Assembly (NCBI GenBank): GCA_048270185.1
Contig: JBLWTJ010000002.1
Coordinates: 320,001 to 384,000, forward strand
Length of the DNA stretch: 64,000 nucleotides
Origin: Bacteriovoracaceae bacterium
GTDB lineage: Bacteria > Bdellovibrionota > Bacteriovoracia > Bacteriovoracales > Bacteriovoracaceae
Direction: 5' to 3'
A model generated the notes under the pieces. That model was not told the origin of the DNA and searched no databases. It was given only the letters and a program-made list of their open reading frames with translations. Below are positions 47,737 through 57,567 of the stretch, piece after piece. The position numbers were made by a program, and so were the translations under genes. Within the stretch, counting starts at the first letter, position 1; each line of letters opens with the position of its first letter.

Positions 47737-48693
47737 ATGAAAAAAGTTGTTTTAATTTTCCCTGGCCAGGGATCACAATACGTAGGAATGGGAAAGAGCC
47801 TTGAAGGTCATTCTTCATTTCAATTACTAGAAAAAGCAAATGAAGCTCTTGGGTATAATCTTTCAACAATTATGCTGGAAGGTCCTGAGCAAGACCTAAC
47901 TCTAACTCAAAATACTCAACCAGCAATTTTAACTTACTCAATAGGCCTATTTCAAAAAGCAAAAGAAGTTCTTGATGAAGCAGGCGTTGAAATATCATGT
48001 GTACTTGGGCACTCTGTTGGAGAATACCCTGCTCTAGTTGCAGCAGGAGCTTTAAGCTTTGAAGATGCTCTTCGCAGTGTTCACAACCGCGGAAAATATA
48101 TGCAAGAAGCTGTTCCAGCAGGAATGGGTAAGATGTATGCAGTCATGAGAGTTCCTGAAGAAATTGTTATCAAAGCATGTAAAGAAGTTTCAATCGAAGG
48201 TAACGAAGTAATGCCAGCAAACTTTAATGAGCCAGGTCAGATCGTCATCTCAGGTCATGCCGATGCTTGTGACAAGGCCGTTGCCTGGATTTCTGAAAAC
48301 TTCTCTGAACCACATAAAACAGTTGAGCTAAAAGTTAGTGCTCCATTCCACTCAAGCCTTATGAAACCGGCAAGAGAGAATATGGCAGCATTTTTTAATG
48401 ACGTAACTTTCAATAAAACGACAATTCCTTATATTGCCAATATTGACGCCAAAAAGTATCAAATTGGTACAGACGGTGAAACGGTAAAAGAGAATTTAAT
48501 CAAACAAATTGATGGTTCTGTTTTATGGACACAGAGTTTCTCATCACTTGATGATGATACTCTTTGTATTGAAGTTGGTCCGGGTCGAGTTCTCATGGGA
48601 CTTGCTCGAAAAATTAACCGTAATATTAAAGTAATTTCACTTGATAAAGATGGTGCCCTAGAAGAGCTTAGAGAAGTACTTAAAGAAGCATAA
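47737..48693 (+). CDS. fabD: Malonyl-CoA:ACP transacylase
   Basis: FPGQGSQ, GHSVGE and SAPFHS motifs. Confidence 0.96.
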   Translation: MKKVVLIFPGQGSQYVGMGKSLEGHSSFQLLEKANEALGYNLSTIMLEGPEQDLTLTQNTQPAILTYSIGLFQKAKEVLDEAGVEISCVLGHSVGEYPALVAAGALSFEDALRSVHNRGKYMQEAVPAGMGKMYAVMRVPEEIVIKACKEVSIEGNEVMPANFNEPGQIVISGHADACDKAVAWISENFSEPHKTVELKVSAPFHSSLMKPARENMAAFFNDVTFNKTTIPYIANIDAKKYQIGTDGETVKENLIKQIDGSVLWTQSFSSLDDDTLCIEVGPGRVLMGLARKINRNIKVISLDKDGALEELREVLKEA

Positions 48694-48716
48694 TCTTAAT
48701 CAAAGAGGATAAAAAT

Positions 48717-49481
48717 ATGATTGCAACTTATAATGACTTAAAAGCTAAAAGAGTTCTCGTTACAGGTGCAAGCCGTGGAATTGGACTAGAGATTGCAAAA
48801 TCACTTGCCGCCCAAGGAGCACACGTTATCTTCAATTACCGAGAAGGCAAAGAAGACCTTGCAAAAGAAGTTGAAGCCCAGCTAAAAGAGCTTGGTGCAA
48901 CAGATGTTACAGGACTGATGTTTGATCTCAACAATGAAGAGCAAATGAAGACAGCCGTAAACGACTTTGTAAAAGAGTATGGTCCAGTAGAAGGACTCGT
49001 TAATAATGCTGGTGTTTCAAAAGACACACTACTTCTTAGAACAAGAAAAGCCGATCTTGATGCCGTTATTGATACAAACCTTAAGGGTGCTATCATGCTA
49101 ACAAGTATTTGTTCACGTGGCTTCCTTAAAGCTGAAAATGTATCAATTGTTAATATGAGCTCAGTTGTAGGACTTATGGGAAATGTTTCTCAAACAGCAT
49201 ATGCAGCTTCAAAAGCAGGACTAATTGGTGCGACAAAATCAATTGCGAAAGAATTAGCTAGCCGCAACATTCGTTGTAATGCAATTTGTCCAGGATTTAT
49301 CCAAACGGATATGACTGATGCCCTTGAAGAAAAGGCGAAAGAGGCATATATAGCTTCAATCCCAACTTCACGCTTTGGGTCAACAGAAGATGTATCGAAC
49401 CTTGTTTGCTTCTTACTTAGCCAAGCGTCAGGCTATATTACTGGAGAAGTTATTAAAATTGACGGTGGACTTTATATCTAG
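48717..49481 (+). CDS. fabG: 3-oxoacyl-ACP reductase
   Basis: TGASRGIG, NNAG, YAASK and PGFIQTDMT motifs. Confidence 0.96.
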   Translation: MIATYNDLKAKRVLVTGASRGIGLEIAKSLAAQGAHVIFNYREGKEDLAKEVEAQLKELGATDVTGLMFDLNNEEQMKTAVNDFVKEYGPVEGLVNNAGVSKDTLLLRTRKADLDAVIDTNLKGAIMLTSICSRGFLKAENVSIVNMSSVVGLMGNVSQTAYAASKAGLIGATKSIAKELASRNIRCNAICPGFIQTDMTDALEEKAKEAYIASIPTSRFGSTEDVSNLVCFLLSQASGYITGEVIKIDGGLYI

Positions 49482-49564
49482 AAAAATATTAATATACTGA
49501 AATCAAAAAATTAATAGAGAGAGAAATTGAGTTTATAACTTAATATATTTATTAGGAGACAAAT

Positions 49565-49789
49565 ATGGAACAAAAAGTAATTCAATTAGTAGCGGATCAA
49601 ACAAAAATCGATATCGCAAAAATCAACGCTTCAACTTCATTCGTAGATGATCTAAACCTAGATTCACTAGATATCGTTGAACTAATGATGAAAATGGAAG
49701 ATGAATTTGATATTCAAATTCCAGAAGAAGATGCAGAAGGACTTAAGTCTGTATCTGATGTTGTTAAGTACCTAGAGTCTAAGCAATAA
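49565..49789 (+). CDS. acpP: Acyl carrier protein
   Basis: LDSLDIVEL phosphopantetheine site. Confidence 0.97.
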   Translation: MEQKVIQLVADQTKIDIAKINASTSFVDDLNLDSLDIVELMMKMEDEFDIQIPEEDAEGLKSVSDVVKYLESKQ

Positions 49790-49808
49790 TCTAATTTAAT
49801 TTTTAGAT

Positions 49809-49842
49809 AAAAAAAGAGCCTGCAAAATTGCAGGCTTTTTTT
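49809..49842. terminator. Bidirectional intrinsic terminator
   Basis: AAAAAAAGAGCCTGCAA-AA-TTGCAGGCTTTTTTT. Confidence 0.88.
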
Positions 49843-50105
49843 TACTTATTTTTACAACTTATTATTTCAAAATTCTTATAATTATATTTCACTTCAACTT
49901 TTGATTTATTCTTAATTCCTTTTTGAATACAAGGAAGTATTTTTCGACTCCCCTTATAAAGCGGAGCTGATTCATTAAAGTGTATGATGACATTTTCTTT
50001 GTCGACGTTTAATCGATTTATGGTAAATTCAGACGTCGCCACAGGCTCTTTTGCGAGAGTACATAAAGATAAGAGCACAAGGATACATATTTTTAAAGCT
50101 CTCAT
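49842..50105 (-). CDS. Small secreted hypothetical protein (OB-like beta pattern, two Cys in the mature part)
   Basis: Signal peptide; start overlaps the upstream stop (ATGA). Confidence 0.7.
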   Translation of the reverse strand: MRALKICILVLLSLCTLAKEPVATSEFTINRLNVDKENVIIHFNESAPLYKGSRKILPCIQKGIKNKSKVEVKYNYKNFEIISCKNK

Positions 50106-51709
50106 TGTTTTAACCTCTTCTCATATTCACTTAGTGTATATTTAGCATGTTTCATTCTATCTTCTTTCGTCATCGTATCTTTTGCTGTTGGCATATATGA
50201 ATTACTATTGGCAATTCCAAATGATGATTTACCAACACTAATAGTGTTTAAGCTCGGAGGAAAGCCAACTTGGTCAACATTGTCGCCATTTACTTTCATC
50301 TTATTTAGCCATTCTTTTGTCGTTAAAGGTTTATCTGAGATAGCTGGATCAATGACCATTTTCTCAACTGCTCCATTCTTTCCTTCCACATAAACAACTG
50401 GAGCAACATGATATCCCCAAGTAAGATCGGAACGACTAGGCACACTCAATTTTCCTGAAGCCCATGCTTTATCTGCACTAACACCTTCTTTTTCAAACAT
50501 ATCAACCATTAATTCAGCACGAGCATAACAACCATCTTCAGCATAGTCCCAGGCCATCCCCTTCATCTTCTTTGCCTTTTCAAAAAGTTCATTTGCTTTC
50601 TTTTCTGAAATAGTTGCATTCGAACGAGGAGCAAATAACTCTTGTTCAACAACACGGCCGGCTTGAGTATAGAAGGCATCACCTTCACGACAAGCAACCT
50701 TTGGAAGAAATTGACTATTAATATACTGACTATTGATTTGTCCATTGACCACATCCACTAAGTGAACATAATCAATATTTTCCCTCTCTCGGTGCGCTTG
50801 TGCTGTCAAAGACTTAAAGTCACTAACTATCTCCTCTTCACAGCCATCTAAGACATGATCTAAGTACCCAACAAAACTATTATCCTGAAGATAGAAGTAG
50901 GCAGTTGAGTTTTTTTGCATATTCTTAGGGGCCATACGATAATTGGAAAGCTTTGAATTATCGTAACCATCATTGTAGGTAATCACTGCTCCAGCGAGCG
51001 TGCGTACTTCTTTGACCCTTTTATTATCAGGGCCAAAATAAGCTTTCCCTTTTTTATCTTTTGAAAAACTTATTGGGAGAAATTTAGATGAATCAGGATC
51101 GTAGATGACATAGTGGTTATCACCACATTTTTTTATATCACAACTTGATTTACGATCACAGCCAATATTCTTTCCGCTTTCGTCAACGATCCACATATCT
51201 CTAGTTGCCTGAAAAATATTATTTTGAAATTGACTCACTTCCTTTTGAAGACCCGTTAACATTTTTTCAAGATGTGGCCTAAAAGATGTATCAGACTCAG
51301 GTAACTGACTAAACGCTGAGGCTAGAGCATTTCTCATTTCAACCAATTCCATGGCCTTTTCATTAGGTGTATCAAATTCTTGAATGGCCTTATCTCGATT
51401 ATTCATCCTTTCACTTTCAGCATTAAAGAAAGTGACTTGACCATCTTCATTAATTTTCTTTACTGCAAATGATTCAAGTTTGCCCGATTTCTTATTAAAG
51501 AGTGTTCCAAAAAGGTGTCCTTTCTGATTTGGCCTTAGTGCAACTTGCGTCCCATTGTTATCACAAAAAATAATCGTGACGACTTTTGAGTAGCTACATG
51601 ATTTAAATTTTAGATTATCAGAAAATTCGACAGTGATGGACGGCCCAGTGTTGGCCGATGTAACTAAACAAAAAACTGATAAGAAAAGTAGGTTAAAAAA
51701 TTCTCTCAT
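50102..51709 (-). CDS. Secreted protein with C-terminal protein-glutamine glutaminase domain
   Basis: Signal peptide from ATG 51709; DGCYARA...WGYHVAP...VIDP Cys-His-Asp motifs of the protein-glutaminase family. Confidence 0.85.
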   Translation of the reverse strand: MREFFNLLFLSVFCLVTSANTGPSITVEFSDNLKFKSCSYSKVVTIIFCDNNGTQVALRPNQKGHLFGTLFNKKSGKLESFAVKKINEDGQVTFFNAESERMNNRDKAIQEFDTPNEKAMELVEMRNALASAFSQLPESDTSFRPHLEKMLTGLQKEVSQFQNNIFQATRDMWIVDESGKNIGCDRKSSCDIKKCGDNHYVIYDPDSSKFLPISFSKDKKGKAYFGPDNKRVKEVRTLAGAVITYNDGYDNSKLSNYRMAPKNMQKNSTAYFYLQDNSFVGYLDHVLDGCEEEIVSDFKSLTAQAHRERENIDYVHLVDVVNGQINSQYINSQFLPKVACREGDAFYTQAGRVVEQELFAPRSNATISEKKANELFEKAKKMKGMAWDYAEDGCYARAELMVDMFEKEGVSADKAWASGKLSVPSRSDLTWGYHVAPVVYVEGKNGAVEKMVIDPAISDKPLTTKEWLNKMKVNGDNVDQVGFPPSLNTISVGKSSFGIANSNSYMPTAKDTMTKEDRMKHAKYTLSEYEKRLKQ

Positions 51710-51716
51710 AGCTTGA

Positions 51717-51743
51717 TTATCGACTAAGTCACTATAAATATTA
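51717..51743 (-). promoter_or_regulatory. Sigma28 (FliA)-like promoter
   Basis: Minus strand TAAT-N15-GTCGATAA, 7 nt before ATG 51709. Confidence 0.5.
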
Positions 51744-51904
51744 AATTTATTAAGAAATTTCTCCATATTTTTAAAGAACAGTAACTAAAACATCCGTAAT
51801 TTCTAACACTTAGGGATCATTTGTGTAAATTTTAAGACCCTTTATGCCTTGTCAAAAGGTGCCAAGAATTATCAAATATCAGGAAAAAAACGAGGAATAT
51901 AAAT

Positions 51905-53158
51905 ATGATTAATCGAAATAATCGCCGAGTAGTTATCACTGGTCTAGGAACAATTTGTGGCCTTGGACAAAATACCAAAGATGTATGGAATGGACTAATT
52001 GAAGGAAAGTCAGGAATCTCTGAAGTTGAATCCTACCCTGTTCCAGATCTTTCAATCAAGATTGCAGGGGAAGTAAAAAACTTCGAACTAGATGAAAGTA
52101 TTATGGAAGCTCGTGAGGCCAAGAAGTATGACCGCTTCATCCATTTTGCACTTCATGCAACAGAAGAAGCATTAAAAGATTCAAAAGTTAACCTATCAGA
52201 TTACGATAAATATAAAGTTGGTGCCATTCTTGGTGTCGGTATCGGAGGTTTTCCCATTACTGAAACTCAGGCCGTCACTTTTGCCAATCGTGGTCCACGT
52301 CGTATCTCACCTTTCTTTATTCCTGGAATCATTCCAAATATGGCAACAGGTGTACTAAGTATTAAACACGGTTTCATGGGAATTAACTACACTGTATCAA
52401 GTGCCTGTGCATCTTCATGCCATGCAATTTCAAATGCAGTTGAAGAAATTCGCTCAGGACGTCATGATCTAATGATTACAGGTGGAACCGAAGCAGTTCT
52501 TTGTAACCTTGGTATGGCAGGCTTCATTAATATGAAAGCATTCTCAAAAAGAGTTGATGAACCACAAAAAGCTTCTCGTCCATTTGATGTTGATCGTGAT
52601 GGATTTGTTATTGGAGAAGGTGCCGGTGTCCTTATTCTTGAAGACTATGAAAGTGCAGTTAAGAGAGGCGCTACAATTTATGCAGAAATTGCAGGTTATG
52701 GTGCAACTTCTGACGCTTACCATATTACAGCTCCTCATCCAGAAGGAGACGGTGCTTATGGTTGTATGAAGAAGGCCATAGAAGATGCAGGTATTACTCC
52801 AGAAGAGATCGACTATGTTAATGCTCACGGAACTTCAACTCCACTTGGAGATGTTGCTGAAACAGGAGCTATCAAAAGAGTCCTAGGAGAAGAACATGCT
52901 AAGACGATTAACGTTTCTTCAACAAAATCAATGACAGGTCACTTACTAGGAGCTGCTGGTGGTATTGAGACAATATTCACGGCACTAGCTCTTTATAATG
53001 GAATAATTCCTCCAACGATTAACCTCGACAATCAAGACCCTGAATGCGATCTTAACTATACGGCCAACAAAGCTCAAAAGAGAGATATCAAGTACGCTAT
53101 CAATAACTCTTTTGGATTTGGTTCGACAAACTCATCACTTGTTTTAAAGAAAGTATAA
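51905..53158 (+). CDS. fabF: 3-oxoacyl-ACP synthase II
   Basis: [20 protein letters not shown] and NSFGFG motifs. Confidence 0.96.
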   Translation: MINRNNRRVVITGLGTICGLGQNTKDVWNGLIEGKSGISEVESYPVPDLSIKIAGEVKNFELDESIMEAREAKKYDRFIHFALHATEEALKDSKVNLSDYDKYKVGAILGVGIGGFPITETQAVTFANRGPRRISPFFIPGIIPNMATGVLSIKHGFMGINYTVSSACASSCHAISNAVEEIRSGRHDLMITGGTEAVLCNLGMAGFINMKAFSKRVDEPQKASRPFDVDRDGFVIGEGAGVLILEDYESAVKRGATIYAEIAGYGATSDAYHITAPHPEGDGAYGCMKKAIEDAGITPEEIDYVNAHGTSTPLGDVAETGAIKRVLGEEHAKTINVSSTKSMTGHLLGAAGGIETIFTALALYNGIIPPTINLDNQDPECDLNYTANKAQKRDIKYAINNSFGFGSTNSSLVLKKV

Positions 53159-53178
53159 ATAGATCACAAGGAAGAACT

Positions 53179-54429
53179 ATGTTTCATAAGAACGCCACAA
53201 GCTTAGAAAAAATGGATGAAGAAATCTTCAACCTAACAAACAAAGAACTAGCAAGACAAGAAGAAGGTTTAGAACTAATTGCTTCTGAAAACTATGCTTC
53301 TAAAGCGGTAATGGAAGCTCAGGGAACAATTCTAACAAATAAATACGCTGAAGGCTTACCTAACAAGCGTTACTACGGTGGTTGTGAAGTTGTTGATTCG
53401 GTTGAACAACTTGCCATAAATCGTGTTTGTGAAATCTTTGGCTGTAAGTTTGCAAACGTTCAGCCACACTCAGGATCAAGTGCAAATATGGCAGCCTACT
53501 ACTCGATGATTGGTCCAGGGGATAAGATCCTTGGAATGAATTTATCAGAAGGTGGTCACCTTACACATGGTTCTCCTGTTAACTTCTCTGGAAAATACTT
53601 TGATGTTCAGTTCTACGGACTGAATCCAGATACAGAAGTTATCGATTATGAAGATGTTGCCAGAGTAGCAAGAGAACATAAACCTAAGGTGATTGTTGCG
53701 GGAGCAAGTGCATATCCTCGTACAATTGACTTTGCCAAGTTTAGAGAAATTGCCGATGAAGTTGGTGCCTACTTAATGGTTGATATGGCCCATATTGCAG
53801 GACTTGTTGCTGCAGGTGTTCACCCTTCACCATTTCCTCACGCACATATCGTCACTTCAACAACTCACAAAACACTACGTGGGCCACGTGGCGGAATCAT
53901 TTTAACGAATGATGAAGAACTTGCTAAGAAAATCAACTTCAATGTTTTCCCAGGTATTCAGGGTGGACCTCTTGAGCATGTGATTGCAGCTAAAGCTGTT
54001 TCCTTTAAAGAAGCACTACAACCTGAGTATAAAGTATATCAACAACAAGTTATCACAAATGCACAGGCCTTATCTGCTCAGTTAATTGAGCTTGGTCTTG
54101 AAATCGTTTCGGGTGGAACAGATAACCACCTTATTCTCGTGAAGACTGATTCAGCAGGTGTAACAGGAAAGGTTGCAGAAAAAGCACTAGAAGAAGCAGG
54201 TATTACTTGTAATAAGAATATGATCCCAGGAGATAAAAGATCCCCATTTGTTACAAGTGGAATTCGACTTGGAACTCCGGCCCTAACGACAAGAGGAATG
54301 GGAGTTGATCAAATGAAACAAATTGGTTCTTGGATCGTTGAAGCACTAAAGAATGCTGAAAATCCACAGGCCTTAAAAGATATCAAATTACAGGTTGAAA
54401 AACTCTGCAAAGATTTTCCAGTTTACTAA
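53179..54429 (+). CDS. glyA: Serine hydroxymethyltransferase
   Basis: [17 protein letters not shown] and [12 protein letters not shown] motifs. Confidence 0.97.
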   Translation: MFHKNATSLEKMDEEIFNLTNKELARQEEGLELIASENYASKAVMEAQGTILTNKYAEGLPNKRYYGGCEVVDSVEQLAINRVCEIFGCKFANVQPHSGSSANMAAYYSMIGPGDKILGMNLSEGGHLTHGSPVNFSGKYFDVQFYGLNPDTEVIDYEDVARVAREHKPKVIVAGASAYPRTIDFAKFREIADEVGAYLMVDMAHIAGLVAAGVHPSPFPHAHIVTSTTHKTLRGPRGGIILTNDEELAKKINFNVFPGIQGGPLEHVIAAKAVSFKEALQPEYKVYQQQVITNAQALSAQLIELGLEIVSGGTDNHLILVKTDSAGVTGKVAEKALEEAGITCNKNMIPGDKRSPFVTSGIRLGTPALTTRGMGVDQMKQIGSWIVEALKNAENPQALKDIKLQVEKLCKDFPVY

Positions 54430-54441
54430 TTTCAATACATT

Positions 54442-54471
54442 ATCGGGCCTTAAACTCTATTAAGGCCCGAT
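54442..54471 (+). terminator. Hairpin/terminator after glyA
   Basis: ATCGGGCCTTAA-ACTCTA-TTAAGGCCCGAT. Confidence 0.75.
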
Positions 54472-54473
54472 TC

Positions 54474-54501
54474 TAAATTTTTTCCCTTAAATAACCGATA
54501 A
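54474..54501 (+). promoter_or_regulatory. Sigma28 (FliA)-like promoter
   Basis: TAAA-N16-ACCGATAA upstream of the YiiX-like gene. Confidence 0.55.
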
Positions 54502-54538
54502 GAAAAGTAGCTTGAATGGTTTAAGTTTGGGGAAAAGT

Positions 54539-56119
54539 GTGAAGTTTAAAAATTCAAAATTCATTACTTCATTTCTAACGTTGGCAACACTAACTTCGTG
54601 TAGCAGTATTGAACAGATTGAAATGAGCTATGATAACTACAAAGATAGTATCAAGCGCTTTATTGCTTCAAACCAATCCGACTACAACCCTTCTGACTTT
54701 GTCATCGATAAAGATAATCTATATAAGCTACAAGAAGCTGTTGAGAAGAATCTCGTCTGGAGAAAGAATTTTTCAATGGCCAAAAAGACAACAGATCAAG
54801 AGTCATTGAAATTTATCTCACCGTATTTCAATCAGAATCAAGACATCACAAAGCAATTCAATAAGTATCTTAAAAATATAGCATGGGTAACAGACCCAAC
54901 GACACGCTTTGAAATTCGAACTGATCGCACATCTCAGATAGAAAAGAGACGTGAAATATATTTTACGGGAACAAAGAGATTCAAAAGACATGAACGCGAT
55001 GTTGAGTTTGCGATTATCAACCCATATGATGAAATTGGAAAAGATATCATCAAGGCCATTAAAGTCGGTCTAATTGCAAATATTGCAATTTATGAAAATC
55101 ACCTACTTCTAAAAAATAAAATCCATGAAGTTATGGCCAGTGAAAATACATACGAAGTAAAAAAAGGTCTTGAAAATTATTACAATACTCTTGTAAGAAA
55201 GCTAACTGTATCGCCTTCACATCGAGTGATGGCAAACCTTTCTTCTCTCTATCGAGATATTAAAATATTTGAAAAAGTTAAGACCCATACAAAACTAACT
55301 TTTTATATCGATCCTCTCATTGAAGATACGATAGTTTTTAATCACATCACTAAGAAGTTTAATCCTCAAAAAAGGTGGAATGAAGATATTGAAGCAATTA
55401 CAAAAACAATTGCAGAGATGGCCAAGACTGATACTTTTCAATATTCAAACTATTTTCAAAAATCCATTAAATTTGAAAATATCACAAATGGTGCAGTAAC
55501 AAAGATTCATAAGAATGAAAAAGAGCATTTAAAGTATCAGCTAATGCCTCTTGATATTGTTTTCACTCATAATCGAAATAGTTTCAATAACGCAATCGTT
55601 GAAAACTTTTGGGATAATATTGGTATCTGGATTGGTTCTTGGGATGAGATCGTTCAACTAGGATTATCCGAGCACCCAGAGATTGCAAAGTATCGAGATC
55701 AAATTGAAAACCAAAAGCTAAGTTTCTTAACAACAACAAGACAAGGTGTTGTTCTTAAACCACTAGCAAGTGTCATCAATCAAGATGATATGGCCGTCAT
55801 TAGAAAAAGAGATCTCAACTATCAGCAAAAAGCTCAGGCCCTTATTCTGGCCATGAAGAATATTGGTAAACCTTATGACTATAAGATGGACCCAGAGGAT
55901 AAGAGCAAAATTTCTTTTGCGCAGCTCGTCTTTGATACCTTCCCTGCCACAAATTGGGACAAGTCCTTTATTTATAAGCAAGAAGCTGTGTCCCCTTACA
56001 AAGTTACACAGCGCACCGGAGAAAATCAAGAATTCTTCACTGTCCTTCTCTATAAAAATGGGGAAGAAGTTCTTGAAGACCTCGAGGATAATTTCCGCCA
56101 AATCTCATCCGAACAATAG
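54539..56119 (+). CDS. Lipoprotein with C-terminal permuted papain-like (YiiX/YebB, NlpC/P60) domain, apparently catalytically degenerate
   Basis: Lipobox LTSC; LMPLDIVF, GVVL and IGKPYDY motifs; probable GTG start at 54539 after GGGGA. Confidence 0.75.
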   Translation: MKFKNSKFITSFLTLATLTSCSSIEQIEMSYDNYKDSIKRFIASNQSDYNPSDFVIDKDNLYKLQEAVEKNLVWRKNFSMAKKTTDQESLKFISPYFNQNQDITKQFNKYLKNIAWVTDPTTRFEIRTDRTSQIEKRREIYFTGTKRFKRHERDVEFAIINPYDEIGKDIIKAIKVGLIANIAIYENHLLLKNKIHEVMASENTYEVKKGLENYYNTLVRKLTVSPSHRVMANLSSLYRDIKIFEKVKTHTKLTFYIDPLIEDTIVFNHITKKFNPQKRWNEDIEAITKTIAEMAKTDTFQYSNYFQKSIKFENITNGAVTKIHKNEKEHLKYQLMPLDIVFTHNRNSFNNAIVENFWDNIGIWIGSWDEIVQLGLSEHPEIAKYRDQIENQKLSFLTTTRQGVVLKPLASVINQDDMAVIRKRDLNYQQKAQALILAMKNIGKPYDYKMDPEDKSKISFAQLVFDTFPATNWDKSFIYKQEAVSPYKVTQRTGENQEFFTVLLYKNGEEVLEDLEDNFRQISSEQ

Positions 56120-56172
56120 AATTGGGCCCAAATCTAAATATGCAACGCGTATCTCTTATGATAAAAATAGGT

Positions 56173-56694
56173 ATGTATTGTCCAAGCTGCCAAACACCAA
56201 ACACAAAAGTTATTGATTCAAGACATCTCTCTGATGGCCTTGCAGTTAGGCGCAGACGTTCATGCCCGAATTGTGACTTTCGTTATACAACATACGAAAA
56301 ACTTCAACTACAAGTCCCTGCACTTGTAAAAAATGACAAGCGTCGTGAGCCTTATAACCGTGAGAAAATTTCTAAAGGAATCAATAAGGCCTGTCAAAAA
56401 AGACCTTTAACAACGGCGCAAATCAACCGATTAATTGATGATGTTGAAATGACACTATCACAAATGAATAATAGTGAGGTTAGTGCCAAGATCGTTGGTG
56501 AAGTTGTGATGGAAAAACTTTACGAACTTGATCCTGTGGCATACGTACGTTACGCATCTTTTTATTGGAACTTCAAAGATATCGATGGATTCATTGAAAG
56601 TTTACAAAAAAGTATCGGTCAATTTGGAAACATAAAAGAAAAGATTTTAATAAATAAGGAATTACTAAGTGAAAAACCAAGCATTCAACAATAA
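56173..56694 (+). CDS. nrdR: Transcriptional repressor NrdR
   Basis: MYCPSC, VIDSR, RRRRSCPNC...RYTTYE, ATP cone and VAYVRYAS motifs. Confidence 0.95.
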   Translation: MYCPSCQTPNTKVIDSRHLSDGLAVRRRRSCPNCDFRYTTYEKLQLQVPALVKNDKRREPYNREKISKGINKACQKRPLTTAQINRLIDDVEMTLSQMNNSEVSAKIVGEVVMEKLYELDPVAYVRYASFYWNFKDIDGFIESLQKSIGQFGNIKEKILINKELLSEKPSIQQ

Positions 56695-57145
56695 GACATC
56701 AGCAAGAAGCTTTGCTTTTAAATTTATCTATAAGCTATTTCTAAAGGACTTCAAATCTGAGCTGGCCTCTTATCAGTCAGATCTTGAAAACTTACAAGCT
56801 GATATTGAAGTGTTTGAAGAGTCGTATATTAAAGAGGATGAAGAACATATTGATAATGAACTAAACCCTAGTGTTCAGTCATATGGTCATAAATTAATTA
56901 AAGGTGTGATGACTAATTTTCCTCAAATTAAAGAGATCGCATCTGCTCATATTCTAAAGAGAAGTTTTGACTCTGTTGATGCAATTGAAAGAGCTGTTAT
57001 CAGCCTTGGTATCTATGAACTTAATTTTGAAGATACTCCGAATACAGTTGTTATTAATGAGTATATTAATCTCGTAAAAGCTTATGGAAAAGAAGAGTCA
57101 AAGAACTTTGTAAATGGTGTCCTTGATAAAGTTAGCAAGTCTTAA
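56669..57145 (+). CDS. nusB: Transcription antitermination factor NusB
   Basis: ERAVISLGIYEL, VVINEYI and FVNGVLDKV motifs. Confidence 0.9.
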   Translation: MKNQAFNNKTSARSFAFKFIYKLFLKDFKSELASYQSDLENLQADIEVFEESYIKEDEEHIDNELNPSVQSYGHKLIKGVMTNFPQIKEIASAHILKRSFDSVDAIERAVISLGIYELNFEDTPNTVVINEYINLVKAYGKEESKNFVNGVLDKVSKS

Positions 57146-57153
57146 GAATAACG

Positions 57154-57567
57154 ATGCAATTAAAAGATAATCTTTTCACATTAATCAACTCGAGTATTTC
57201 TGCAGTCATCTGCTTATACGACGAGACCAGAGAGAACTCTACAGAATTAATAGAAGTCATTGATTACCTTGTTGATGGTGCCCTTGAAGATCGTATTGTG
57301 AAAAGTAAAAACTCTTCTTTAATCAAGCAAGATGCTAGTCATTTCTTCTTCACTAAAAATTTTGGAAAAACCCTTAATATTATTTTCACGAAACTGCCAA
57401 ACACTCCATCAAATAACGAGGTTTCTCAATTTATAAAAGTAATTGATGCTCAAGATGCGCAAAAAGAAGAGTTTAATGAAGGTAATGGCGTTGTTGTTAT
57501 CAAACCTAAGGGGAACTCTTTTAAGTTTAATCACCCAGTTCTACAAATCCACCACGTCGAATACTAG
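57154..57567 (+). CDS. Hypothetical protein
   Basis: 137-aa ORF co-oriented with nusB, 8 nt after its stop. Confidence 0.65.
   Translation: MQLKDNLFTLINSSISAVICLYDETRENSTELIEVIDYLVDGALEDRIVKSKNSSLIKQDASHFFFTKNFGKTLNIIFTKLPNTPSNNEVSQFIKVIDAQDAQKEEFNEGNGVVVIKPKGNSFKFNHPVLQIHHVEY

Noticed and set aside
4228..56119. Mobile element or prophage origin for the accessory genes
   Set aside because: No integrase, transposase, phage gene, tRNA target or target-site duplication was seen
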